From Octopus vulgaris (taxonomy: Eukaryota): a stretch of DNA of 64,000 nt. The stretch spans positions 93,806,001 to 93,870,000 of the forward strand of contig OX597814.1 in assembly GCA_951406725.2 (NCBI GenBank), in the 5' to 3' direction. The notes beneath the pieces were generated by a model, which was not told the DNA's origin, made no database searches, and worked only from the letters and a program-made list of their open reading frames with translations. Within the stretch, counting starts at the first letter, position 1. Every line of letters starts with the position of its first letter. Below, piece by piece: positions 52,169-64,000 of the stretch. The position numbers and the translations under genes were made by a program.

Positions 52169-53149
52169 TTAAGGTTTGCATGATGGAGAGGTTCTTCTGT
52201 ATAGAATATCTATCTCATTTGTTTCTCGATTTCTTTTAGTATAATAAGGGGCACAAACTGTGGAACCCCAAGTCATTTTGAATTTTGGGGGATTAGCTTT
52301 GATGATTGCAACATTACAGTATTTATTGGGATGCCTCCATCCTGCATAATTACCGTCCGATGTCGTTTGATGAACAGCAGTCAGAGATTCTGTAGCATCA
52401 ATAAGTGTCATATTTTGAGAATTTGCAAAAGCGATCAACCAATTATCATATCTACTACGTCCAATGACGAAATCAAAGATTTGATTCCAGGGAAAGTGTC
52501 GATTTGTAATAAAATAATCTATTGCTATGCCTCTCATTAATTTTCCGCTTTCAGCTATCTTTCGAATATTATAAGAATTCACAATGTATGTACTATTTGT
52601 AAATTTAACGTTTGTCCTTTGACCAACTATTAGTATAGGTCTATTTTGTGGTAACTTTTTCTTAATAGATTTCAGCGTATTGATAAGACTCTCATCGAAA
52701 AGAATGTCAGCATTTGCATAGCCATAGAAGTCGTGATCAGTAAAAGACGCAAGTACTTCAAGAATCATCGCTTTTAAAACTGGTATTTGACCGCAGGCAA
52801 CTTTTGTAACATTCCGTATCCTCCAATTTTTTCTTAAATACGTATCCAGCCGGCTGCTACTTACATTATCCGTGGGTATTGCTGGTCTAAATAATACAGG
52901 TTGCAATAATAACGGCCAACTCCCCCATATTCGGGCTGTATTTTCATAAATTGCAAGTTTTTCTGGTGATAAGTTCCACGTTGTGATAAGGACTAATAAA
53001 AACTTGGTTTCTCGCAACTGATTAACGAGGCTTCTCTGTCTGTGTAATAGGCGCTCTTTTAAGTGTTTGTCTATCAAAAGTATCCCCGCAAGCAAGAAGA
53101 TTGTGATAATACCCATAATAAGATATTTTTTTCGAAGCGACATGCCCAT
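52169..53149 (-). CDS. Type II membrane protein, putative glycosyltransferase (GT-A-like), 326 aa, single coding exon
   Basis: Uninterrupted ORF; basic tail + TM helix (YLIMGIITIFLLAGILLI); YANADILF DxD-like motif, IDYF, IGRSRYDNWL, IDAT..LTAVHQ; splice acceptor ttttatttcag directly before ATG; AATAAA at 52021-52026 (-). Confidence 0.8.
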   Translation of the reverse strand: MGMSLRKKYLIMGIITIFLLAGILLIDKHLKERLLHRQRSLVNQLRETKFLLVLITTWNLSPEKLAIYENTARIWGSWPLLLQPVLFRPAIPTDNVSSSRLDTYLRKNWRIRNVTKVACGQIPVLKAMILEVLASFTDHDFYGYANADILFDESLINTLKSIKKKLPQNRPILIVGQRTNVKFTNSTYIVNSYNIRKIAESGKLMRGIAIDYFITNRHFPWNQIFDFVIGRSRYDNWLIAFANSQNMTLIDATESLTAVHQTTSDGNYAGWRHPNKYCNVAIIKANPPKFKMTWGSTVCAPYYTKRNRETNEIDILYRRTSPSCKP

Positions 53150-53692
53150 CTGAAATAAAAATAAAGCAACTTGATATTATAGTGATTGATTAATTGGATC
53201 TTTTCTGTTTGGCTTAAATTTTTTAAATTTTAAAATTATGTGAAAATTTTTAGATTTGATGTATTAATGTAATTTTTCTTATAGAAATAAAATTATTATT
53301 TTATATATTTTTTAAATAAATATTGTTTAACACTATTTGCTTATTTATTTAACTATTATCGTTAACCTAAAGATTGATTATAATTTTAAATCGAATTTGT
53401 TTCAATTGATGTAAACTTAATTGTAATTCGAATTTAATTGTAGCCATGAAACGTACATAGTTTTTTTTACTTATTATATATTGATCATTCATTTTTATAC
53501 TTTTTGAGAGCTAGTTATAGTTTTATAAAAATGTATATTTGTTATTTATGTTTTGATCTTTGTCTATCACTGTTTGAGTTTGCATAATAGTGGTTTTATC
53601 TCTAATTTGTATTTTATATATTTATATTGTAAAATTTAATTTAATACTAAATTGAATTTTTCCCTGTAAGTTTGATGTTATACTCCCTATAT

Positions 53693-53734
<42 letters not shown>

Positions 53735-53932
53735 CAATAAGAAAATGGAGGGGATCAAGAGATGGTATTCATCAAATTTAGACATTATAGTATGTCTATT
53801 TATTAAACAAAACCCACTTATAACAATATAACAATATACATACATGTATGACATATTATGCTTTACATATATAATATATAAAAATACCAGTAATTATTAA
53901 AATATATAACGTAGAGCATAAAAAGTAGGATA

Positions 53933-54058
53933 GTCTCTTACGGCTGTTTCAGTCAAGAGGTCATAGTACCCCACTTTACTTCCAGTCCTTCAATTAACTG
54001 AATTATTTCGTAGATAAGATTAAGATACTTGAGTGTGTCTCTGGGCTTCGTCGGAGAG
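53933..54058 (-). ncRNA. Mutated hammerhead-like motif with long helix II
   Basis: CTCT-CCGACGA-AGCCCAGAG...CTCTTGACT-GAAA-CAGCCG-TA-AGAG. Confidence 0.5.
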
Positions 54059-54187
54059 TTTAGAAGGTTCATAAGATTAAGTTATAAATACAAATACATA
54101 CATATAAACACATTTTTACATATACATGCATATACACAAATATGGATAAACACACATATGTATATGTATATGCATACAGAGTAATCA

Positions 54188-54233
<46 letters not shown>

Positions 54234-54417
54234 GGTGTATTATATTATTAGGTGTATTATATTATTCTTATTAAATAAAGTATAAACAGAGGAAGGAGGA
54301 AGTTATCAAAAAGAGAAATAATAGTGGAATTTAAAAAAACTGTATCTTAAGATTATTGTAGTTATGTAGGATTGAAAAAAATATATGAGGAATACATACA
54401 TACATACATACATACAT

Positions 54418-54470
<53 letters not shown>

Positions 54471-55918
54471 TATATACATATATATATTTACGTATAAACA
54501 TACCCATAAGTACATAGATATAACATGTTTTGAGAAGGGAGGATTATTGCAGTAGTTCATATTTTTCTTTTTATATAATTATAGTAATTATACATAAACA
54601 TGTATATATTCATATAAACATATAAACATGCGATATGTTTTCTATTGAGGGCTTTAGACAAAGGTTCACTATAAGTGGGTTATAGTTTATATTAATACCT
54701 GTATAATTAGTTCGTACTAAAAGTGATACATTTCCGGGTATTAATCAAGATACTTTATTATTTTCCGTTATTTTTTGTTTATCGAGTAACTGAAATCCTG
54801 CGGGAAGTGGGGAGGGAATTATGGTCAGTCCCGTAATCTAATTGGTCATCTATTGTTTCTAAAGACCATGACTTTGTTATGGTTGGTTAATGGATAACCG
54901 ATAACATAAACACAAAATTAGGCAAATATATATATAAAATGTGTGTAAATAAAAAAAAACATAATGTGGATGAGTTTATATATATATATACAAACACATA
55001 TATACATAGACATACACACATACACACGCACATATATATATTAGAATTTTAGGTTAAAGTCGTATTACTAAGGGGATATTGTTTTAATATACTGCATATG
55101 AAAGATAAGTTATTACAAATTTATTTTAAAACCCCTATATAATATTACATGTATCTGTTTAATTAGGGGAACCATTTATATATTTACTAAATCATACGGG
55201 TAATAAATTGTTAAAATATTATGTTGGAAGTTCTTAAGATCAAATTCAAACAAGGGACAATATACCAAAAGTGACTGTAAAAGTTGTTTCACTAAGTTGT
55301 TGTTTATCGCTAAAATTATGCTTAAAATGTATTCTCCATGCAACAGTGCTTAGTTACTAAATTAATGAACCAACTCAATACATAATATATTCTCTTTTAT
55401 ATATATTATATATTCTCTTTTAATGAGCCAATTCAATATATATCCTTAAATATTTTCTACATATTACTACATTGTTGTTATTTATCGCTAAAATTATGTT
55501 TAAAATCTATTTCTATCTGACAAGAGGCCTCAAATGCAAGACTCCATGTAATAGTGTTAAGTCCCTTAATTAATAAAACCATTAGTCATTCAGTCCTTCA
55601 AAATATTTATCAGTCTATTTATTTAGTTAATTACTTTTAATGTTACATTTAAGCGGTATGATGGTGGTGGTTTTTGTTTTAGTTATAAATAGAATGAAGG
55701 AAGACAGCTCTGATTTATTGATGTCTAATTATGAAAATAATATTCTCACAAATTTAGGTCCATTATTCAATCAATCAATCAATTTATCAATCAGGCAATT
55801 AATCAATCAATCAATTTATTGCTTTTGTAATGGGGTTGCATATCAATGTCTGTATCTATCAACATAAACATGCACATACAATACATACACAGATGCATAT
55901 ATATATATAAAACCATAT

Positions 55919-55953
<35 letters not shown>

Positions 55954-56397
55954 TACATATATATATATATATATACACATATAATACTTACATACATACA
56001 TACATAGACATGCATATACCCACACATACATGAAGGTACCAGCAGAAAACATAAACATATACATTTCTACCTAAACTCATATATGTGTGTGCATACATAA
56101 ATATATATATATTCACAATTGCGTGTACAATGATATCTCTATACATACATACCTACCTAAACGTACATACATGTGTGTGCATACATAAATATATATATAC
56201 ACGAGTGCGTACATAAATATACATATATACACACATATCCACATATATAAATACAAAAGTAGCAGTAATAGTAATATATACTTACAGATACATATATGTA
56301 TATAATTATAGCTAACTTAATATATACCTTCTTATATATATATGCATAATTATTATACATTATATAATACAATATAGTATAGCAACAATAAGAACTC

Positions 56398-56426
56398 GAA
56401 TAATAATAATAATAATAATAATAATG

Positions 56427-56517
<91 letters not shown>

Positions 56518-56533
56518 TAATAATAATGAGACC

Positions 56534-56578
<45 letters not shown>
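56398..56578. repeat. (TAA)n facing (TTA)n across a short spacer
   Basis: Direct reading; opposite-orientation tracts around gagacc. Confidence 0.9.
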
Positions 56579-56579
56579 G

Positions 56580-57832
56580 TTAGTAGGGATGTTTTAATAC
56601 TAGGCTATAGTGGTATTTGGAAAAGGTATGTCCAATCTTATGAAGACAGAAATCGTTGCGCTCTTTTAGGCTGTTAGTAAGCGGAATTTTAATCTCAATT
56701 ATAAAAATTTCATTCATACAAAAGGCTTTTCTATTTTTAGTATTATATGCAGGTGCTGATGTTAATATTTTCCATTTTAAATTATTGTTAATTCCCCCAT
56801 CCTTAATTCCCATATGTAGCTACTTAACCCTGTAGAATTTCTATTTCTGTTTCTAAATGTATAGTTATTATAATTCTCTGTTTCATATTGTTTTTCTTAT
56901 TGTCGCACCCACATATACCTTGCCGTCATATTGTGTACTTACTATATATTGATATACTACCTCCTTTCTAATGCAGTTATTAAATACACAATTACTACTT
57001 ATTCTACAATCACATGTTCTGTGTGGCTGTGTAGGGTTTATGTTATTGGTGTTGGAAGTTATTATTATTATTATTATTATTGAGTGAGAGAGCAGTTCAT
57101 GCCATCAAAGTGACACTGGGCTAAAATATACGAAGCCCAATATACCCATCATGACTACCCGTCTGATAAAGGTACACTAGGCACATGCATCACAACCATA
57201 TGTGCGCGACATGGTGATCTCATATCAAGATAAACAGCACATGACCTTGCAGGTGGGGCCCAGTTAGAATTTTCTTCAGGTTGAGTAGCCCATCCCGCTC
57301 AAACGGTCCCTGAATAAGGGTTGTTTAAGGATGTTGAAAAAACCACCCATGTTTCCAGAGGTGAATTATTCAAACCCCAAATAATCCCTCTCAACACATG
57401 GCTATGATGCTCCCCCACTACTTCTGCTCGTGATCAGAGATGCACATATCGTCAGCCACTAAGGGACATGCTCAACTGGTTAAGGTCAAGCAACTGACAA
57501 GCAAATCTGTGGTATTGAGCAGAATATTTGCTGTAGCCCATCTTTTATACCAAGACAAAACAATGTACATGATAACACTTCCAATCAGTTAAGATCACAA
57601 GCCATGAGAGCCACTGCCTGGTACTGCATCAGGGCTATTATTATTATTATTATCATTATTATTATTATCATTATTATTATTATTATTATTAGTTCTGTGG
57701 CTATTGTTGCTCACAATAATGTTATTATTTCTTATATTATTATGATCAATAATGTTAGTATTATTACTATTATTATTTACACTTCCGTTGTTGCTGTTAT
57801 CATTATTATTATTGTTGCTGTTGTTGTTGTTG

Positions 57833-57905
<73 letters not shown>

Positions 57906-58328
57906 TATTATTATTATTATAGTTGTTATTATTGTAATTATTATTTATGTTGGTATTACTTCTGTTATCTTTTCTACTTAGATAGGTGTCCAGTTTTCTA
58001 TTGTTAATTGAGATGATGGTAGCTAGGTTATGTGTTAGAATATATCCTATTCTTATTGTCATGTTATGGGTTATCTCCCAATATTTGTATTTTCTTTTTG
58101 TAAAATGTTTGTTAGTTAAACTAAAAATTGGTTTTACTGTTATTATTGACTTGCATAGCGAAAGGTATTATTAGCCATAAAGTATCTATTTCGTTATATC
58201 CCTTATTGGGGTTACTTAGATTCTTTGTAAGTTCTCTGTTATCATTCTTATTTTCCTTTTTATATTTAATAATATTATGTTTGTAATAATTTTTTCTATT
58301 ATTATTAGTAGTAGTAATGATATTATTA

Positions 58329-58417
<89 letters not shown>

Positions 58418-58930
58418 TTTGTTGTTGTTGTTGTTGTTGTTGCTGTTGTTGTTATTATTATTATTATTGATGTTGTTGTTATGTTCTTTATTACTATTAT
58501 TATTTTTTATGGGTTGTCTTATCGTATTTTAAATATTTCTTTATTATTATTATTGTTATTTTTATATTTATCTTTGGTATAGTTATATTTGTCTAAATTT
58601 TGTGTGTTGGGGTAGTTACACTATCCTGGTTATTATAGTTAAGATTATAGGGAAGGTATTTAATTTTACCTTTATACCCTGCATTTGTTAATGCTATATT
58701 GTATTTTTCCTTATGTTTATTAAATATCTCTTCATTAGAGGAGAGGTTTGAAATTATTTTTCTTACATTTAGTAGTAGGGCTTTTTTCTATTTGCGAGGG
58801 ATGGTTACTAGAATTAGTTATATATCTTAAAGTAGAGTTTTCTTTTATATAAGGGTCATGGAGTCCGGTATTTATGTTACAATTTGCATCTAAATAGCTC
58901 ATAGAATAGTTTTGTTTTCTATAATTATGG
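56580..58930 (-). mobile_element. Decayed Penelope-like element (RT thumb, linker with (AAT)n tracts, GIY-YIG), interrupted at 57082-57635
   Basis: YLD..N..TG...PYIKEN...YI...SNHP; HNLATIISINNRK (ORF 57595-58062); CDCR..NC..EVVYQ..YVGAT; W.ILTSAPAYN. Confidence 0.78.
57082..57635. mobile_element. ~550 bp non-coding insertion exactly within a (TAA)n tract
   Basis: Higher-GC unique block bounded on both sides by (TTA)n, splitting the Penelope linker. Confidence 0.7.
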
Positions 58931-58964
58931 ATAGGCCATACCTATTAAAGAATTCATGCAAACG

Positions 58965-59108
58965 CTTAAAACAAACAGATGTATTAGCATAACGCTCAGG
59001 AATAGAAAAATGCTTTTACGTTTAGAGCCTACGCTCTTCTACAGAAAAGGACACAGAAAATGAGAGAAAAAAAATGTGTGTAGTGGCTAACGATCTATCA
59101 ATTCTCCT

Positions 59109-59149
<41 letters not shown>

Positions 59150-59255
59150 AGAATTCACAAAAAAAAACAAAAGACGAAGACAAGTTGTGTAGACAACAAA
59201 CAGATGCATTAGTTTAATGCTCGGGAAGTGAAAAAATATTTTACGTTTCGAGCCC
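58965..59255 (-). mobile_element. Two partial tandem copies of the Penelope-type terminal repeat
   Basis: aaacagatgYattag..gctc.ggaa..ttttacgtttMgagcc occurs twice; hammerhead-like motif 59013-59049. Confidence 0.75.
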
Positions 59256-59478
59256 ATGTGGGGAAAAGGAGCGTAAAGTCATGAGTACGATTTCCTGTAG
59301 CACGCTGTGTTTTTCAGCAAGGTACTCTACTTCCCCTTGCTGCATTCCACTCACCTGGTAAAAATGAGTTGTAGCTACAATGAGTTGTAGCTGTAGCTGT
59401 AAACAGGAACCTCATTGTCGTAACCGATGGTGTGCCATTTTTAAAGAAAGAGTGAAAGCAAAAGAAATGTTCCATATC

Positions 59479-59770
59479 TTAAGGAGTGTTCACAGCGGAT
59501 TTCGTTACATCGTCGTTTTGTACGGGCATTTGGTGGTAACCTCGGGTGAGGTCGAACTTCGAGAAAACAGAACACCCGGATAGCTCGGCTGAGGAGTCCT
59601 GTATGTATGCAATGAGGGAGCGATCGGGTGTTGTATATTCGTTGAGACGGCGATAATCTCCGCAAGGTCGAGAACCTCCGTTGGCTTTCGGTGCCACATG
59701 TGGGGGTGACGACCAGAAACTGCTTGATCGGCGAACTATGTCTAACGTCTCAATATAGTCAAACTCGGCA
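59479..59770 (-). mobile_element. Gypsy/Ty3 LTR retrotransposon RT fragment
   Basis: SSSFWSSPPHVAPK..RPCGDYRRLN..PDRS..FSKFDLTRGYHQMPV...KSAVNTP. Confidence 0.9.
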
Positions 59771-59915
59771 TTGTGTGTGTATGTGTGCATGTCTTTGTGT
59801 GTGTTCTCCCCCACTATCGCTTAACAATCGGTGTTTGTGTATTTACGACCCGGTAACTAAGCAATTAGGCAAAAGACACCGATAGAATAAGTACTAGGCG
59901 AAACAAAGAATAAGT
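59770..59915 (+). mobile_element. OR-like SINE 3' fragment
   Basis: cgcttaacaatcgg..ggcaaaagacaccgatagaataagtac. Confidence 0.75.
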
Positions 59916-59929
59916 ACAAGAAAACAACG

Positions 59930-61523
59930 TTCAACTTTGCTATCCCGATGGTCTGGAGAGAGCCACGAATCCATGTAAATGATTTTTATTTTTGTCTAAA
60001 AAATAGAACAGGTTTCAATGCCTCTTGTAGAAAAATATTCAAATATGCTAACCTTTCATCAGCTATGAGATCTCTCAGACGATCTCCCTGTACATCAGAT
60101 GAAGAAATGCTTTCAGGGGAAGATTCTGCCAAGCCGATCTCTTCTGAAAACAAGGTCTCTTCTTATTCAGGAGCAAGTGGCAATGAACCCCACTGGATCA
60201 CGCAGGAAGACCTGAATGCTCTTACGTATCTACCTAAGCAGCGGTCAGAGCTCCTAGCATCCCGGCTTAAGTAGTGGGACCTGGTCAAGGCAGATGTAAG
60301 GATCCCCAGTTTCAGGAAACGGAACCCGGACTTTGCTTGTGCTACTGCACAAATGTATCTGACTTGCTCACCTTCTTTGGTTTCTCACACAATTCTTTTC
60401 ATAGACTCTTCCAAGCGAAGTCTGAAGGCTGTACCCCTTCACAATGGGAATAAATACCTCAGCTTTCCTATTGCCTGCTTAGTCCATTTGAAGGAGTCAT
60501 ACGACAATATGGAACTTCTTTTGGAAGCTGTCAAGTACAACCAGTACCAGTGGAGTCACTGCGAGACCTCAAAGTCATTGGGCTCCTTATAGGTATGTAA
60601 GCGGGCTTCACAAATTACTGTTGCTTTCTCTGTTTCTGTGTCCAAGCAATAAAAGCAGAAGGAGTGGGGACCTAGGAGCACTTCCTTTTCTTCATATCAA
60701 GCTTGGTTTAATGAAGAATTTCGTGATGGCCATGGACAAAAATGGCGTTGCCTTCCAACATTTGTGCACTCTGCTCCCACCTCTGTTCTGCTTAGCTCAA
60801 AGAGGACATTTTCATTGGACCTGAGATCCGAGAGGTACTGAAGGATAAGAACCTTGAGGTGCTTCTTACCTTAAAGAAACTGAGAGCATGGGAAGCATTT
60901 ATATCAGTTTGCCATGGCTTCCTTTGTAATACACGAGTACCAGATTACCAACAGTGTATCTAGAAGTTGTAACAGTCTAATGAAGATATGGGATGCCGAA
61001 TGTCTCTCAAAATTCACCTTAACCAACCCACCTTAACTTCGTCCCTCCGAAGTTCGGGGCAGTGAGTGATGAGCATGGAGAAAGATTCCACCAAGATATT
61101 ACTGAGATTGAGAACAACTACCGAGGCAAGTGGGACCCCAGCATGATGGGGAACTTTTACTGGATGCGCTTGTGTGACATCCCGGAGGCAAAGTGCATAG
61201 GATCGTCAAAAAAGTCTCACTTCTAACTACCTGCTGTAATATGATTTGTGTGTATAGTATTATCCAAGAAATTTACTTTCATCAATGTTGTGTATCTATG
61301 CTGTTTTTTTTTTTTTGGTGGGAAATATGCCTTTGTAATAGATGATATGAATACATATTTTGAATTTATATGCATTACAATTAAAATGAGATATGTGAAA
61401 GCAAAAATAAACTAGAGGTGATATAGCAAAACTGTTCAGAAAATTGAATTCACCACATCAAAATTAGTAAAAAACACCTATTCACATCTTTGCTTCAGAG
61501 CAAAAAAAAATTGTAAACCAGTG
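59930..61523 (+). mobile_element. Decayed DNA transposon, probably CMC/Chapaev3-type
   Basis: FAIPMVWREP..H..DFYFC, LFIDSSKRSLKA, LHIKLGLMKNFV, SDEHGERFHQDI; right end ...ttgtaaaccaGTG; superfamily name from memory. Confidence 0.72.
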
Positions 61524-62835
61524 TTCTTAATATAACTGTAATAAAGATTTCCTTAAGGGAAGAATCCGAAACAATCATTATTTTAAAATCTAAACAATGA
61601 TTATAATTGCTTTGTGAATTATTTTCTGTGAAATTAATTCTTAATTTCTTGAAATTACACCCCCTTATCTTTGAAAATAGTTTGCAAATGCTTGTTTTTC
61701 TCTGTCTCTCCAACTAAAAGTCTAGTTACACTTCCTTAAGAATTTTTGTTGTACGGCAATCCATGTATCGGAATTACACCGAATATATTATCTGTGTACT
61801 TTATAAATGCACATGCCCTAACAAACACATAGATTTATTCACGATTCATGCACAACGAGCGCTCAATTTCAGAACAGGTCTTTCTGTATATGTCCCATAG
61901 ATATTAAATTACAGTTTTTCCTTCGAATGCAGGGTTTAGTAACATTTACATATACAATTTATACAGGGAAATATATACATTTGCGTTTACACTTTAGATA
62001 TACATTTCTACAGGGAAATATATACATTTGTGTTTATAATATACAGATGTATGTATATCAAATGTTTAAACACACAAGTGATAAACCGACATAAGCCAGA
62101 GTAAATCGAAATTTAAAACGTACATGTAGTCTGTCTCTCGGTTTAAACGAAATGTACGGGAAATTTTATACTACTTTTGTGAAACAACCAAAACAATTTT
62201 AATAGGTTTTTCCACGACTGGTATCACGTCATTAATCACGGGATCCAGGATTTTTAAGCTCGGACATGCACCGAATATAAGTAGGGACACGAAGTTGGCG
62301 ACATCGCCGAAACTCTTTATAATAACTTCTTTCGACATTTTCGTATAATCATTCGGATTTAAGTTCATTAAAAATGCAAATATAAATAGCAGGATTCAGT
62401 TATCTTGTGTTATATTAAATAAACATACACACACACATACACTGACACTACTCAGTACAGCTGCACACACAAAATTCACGCGAACACATACACACACATG
62501 CAATCCCAAATCCTTCCAAACATACATTCATACATCCACCTACCCACACAACAACAGCACTGATAAGCGGGTAAGATACGACGTCAAAATGAAAGCTCTC
62601 TAGATTAGGCATCAACACATGGATAGACAACAACAAAGAAACAACCACAATGCTACAGTGGTGATGAACAAGTCTGACTACTCGAAAAAACTGGCAAGTC
62701 TTATAAGTGATGGTAGCTACAGCAAAGTAAATAATTTGTTTTTTTCGTAAACTCTCCCTATATATATATATAGTTATGTACACGCACTCACACAGGACAC
62801 CCAAGTACATACATACATGCATATATGTATATATG

Positions 62836-63319
62836 TTAAAGAGACAGAACCACCTTGAAGCAACTCAAACAACGCTGAACGCATTGACTATGATAGAGAT
62901 ATATAAGATTAACTTTTATCAAAATTAATATCTACAATTACTACTATTCTGAATGATATATTAAATTGAATTATTTAGACCAAATAACTTAATTTACTAT
63001 TTGACATAAATATCATGAAATTAGTATTAGCTTATCTCATTCTGTCTCGCAGAACCCCTCGGAACCTTTTGCGGAAGCCCGGTTGAGAAATGTTGCCCTA
63101 GGCCTTCAGGACACGAAATCGAAATTAGCCTTTTTGATTGTGGGTAAATGTAAATAATATCATTAACTGGATTTAGACCTAAATAATTTAATTTAATATA
63201 TGATTCAGAATAGTAATTGTAGATATTAATTTTGATAAAAGGTAATCTTATATATCACCATCGTAGATAGGGTCGTTCAGTGTTGTTTGAGTTGCTTGAA
63301 GGTGGTTCTGTCACTTAAA
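62836..63319. repeat. Imperfect inverted repeat, ~150-bp arms, between (TA)n tracts
   Basis: gacagaaccaccttgaagcaactcaaacaac..ttttatcaaaattaatatctacaattacta vs its reverse complement at 63172-63319. Confidence 0.88.
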
Positions 63320-63322
63320 CCT

Positions 63323-63357
<35 letters not shown>

Positions 63358-63416
63358 ATACAGCGAGAAATTGAATTTCTCTCCACTGTGGACTCGGAAA
63401 TAATTTACCTAATATT

Positions 63417-63484
<68 letters not shown>

Positions 63485-63553
63485 ATATTGTTATATTTCG
63501 GAATGGTCATATTGCCAGTTTAAACGTACTATATATATATATATATATATATA

Positions 63554-64000
63554 GGCGCAGGAGTGGCTGTGTTGTAAGTAGCTTGTTTACCAACCACATG
63601 GTTCCGGGTTCAGTCCCACTGCGTGGCACCTTGGGCAAGTATCTTCTACTATAGCCTCGGGCCGACCAAAGCCTTGTGAGTGGATTTGGTAGACGGAAAC
63701 TGAAAGAAGCCTGTCGTATATATGTATACCAAATATATATATATATATATATCCACTACCAAATATATATATATATATATATATATATGCGTGTGTGTGT
63801 TTGTATGTGTGTGTTTGTCCCCCCAACATCGCTTAACAACCGATGCTGGTGTGTTTACGTCCCCGTCACTTAGCGGTTCGGCAAAAGAGACCGATAGAAT
63901 AAGTACTGGGCTTACAAAAGAATAAGTCCCGGGGTCGATTTGCTCGGCTAAAGGCGGTGCTCCAGCATGGCCGCAGTCAAATGACTGAAACAAGTAAAAG
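63554..64000 (+). mobile_element. Full-length OR-like SINE reaching the window end
   Basis: Homology to 33178-33573. Confidence 0.93.

Noticed and set aside
61962-62040. Short tandem duplication tacagggaaatatatacatttg
   Set aside because: Ordinary local slippage duplication

Overview
AT-rich, microsatellite-dense eukaryotic DNA. The tRNA-derived SINE families, the repeat landscape and the mollusc-like genes point to an octopus/cephalopod genome (inference). Most of the window is mobile DNA: R4/Dong-type LINE pieces sitting in (TAA)n tracts, at least six decayed Penelope-like (RT/GIY-YIG) elements, many SINEs, mariner, maT-like and Chapaev3-like DNA transposons, a MITE and a Gypsy RT fragment. 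Host genes visible: one intact single-coding-exon type II membrane glycosyltransferase-like ORF (52169-53149, -) and a damaged aquaporin (MIP) exon (22600-23249, -). The two most notable systems are (1) two homologous but strongly diverged ~2.1-2.3 kb retroposons that encode only a gag/ORF1-like zinc-knuckle protein and no RT/EN, one complete with a 15-bp TSD inside a SINE, and (2) a dense set of minimal type I hammerhead-ribozyme motifs in Penelope-derived, often inverted-repeat, non-coding elements, including an intact one at 50177-50253 and a family with a recurring CUGU(N)GA core variant. All calls were made by eye; coordinates of decayed elements are approximate.
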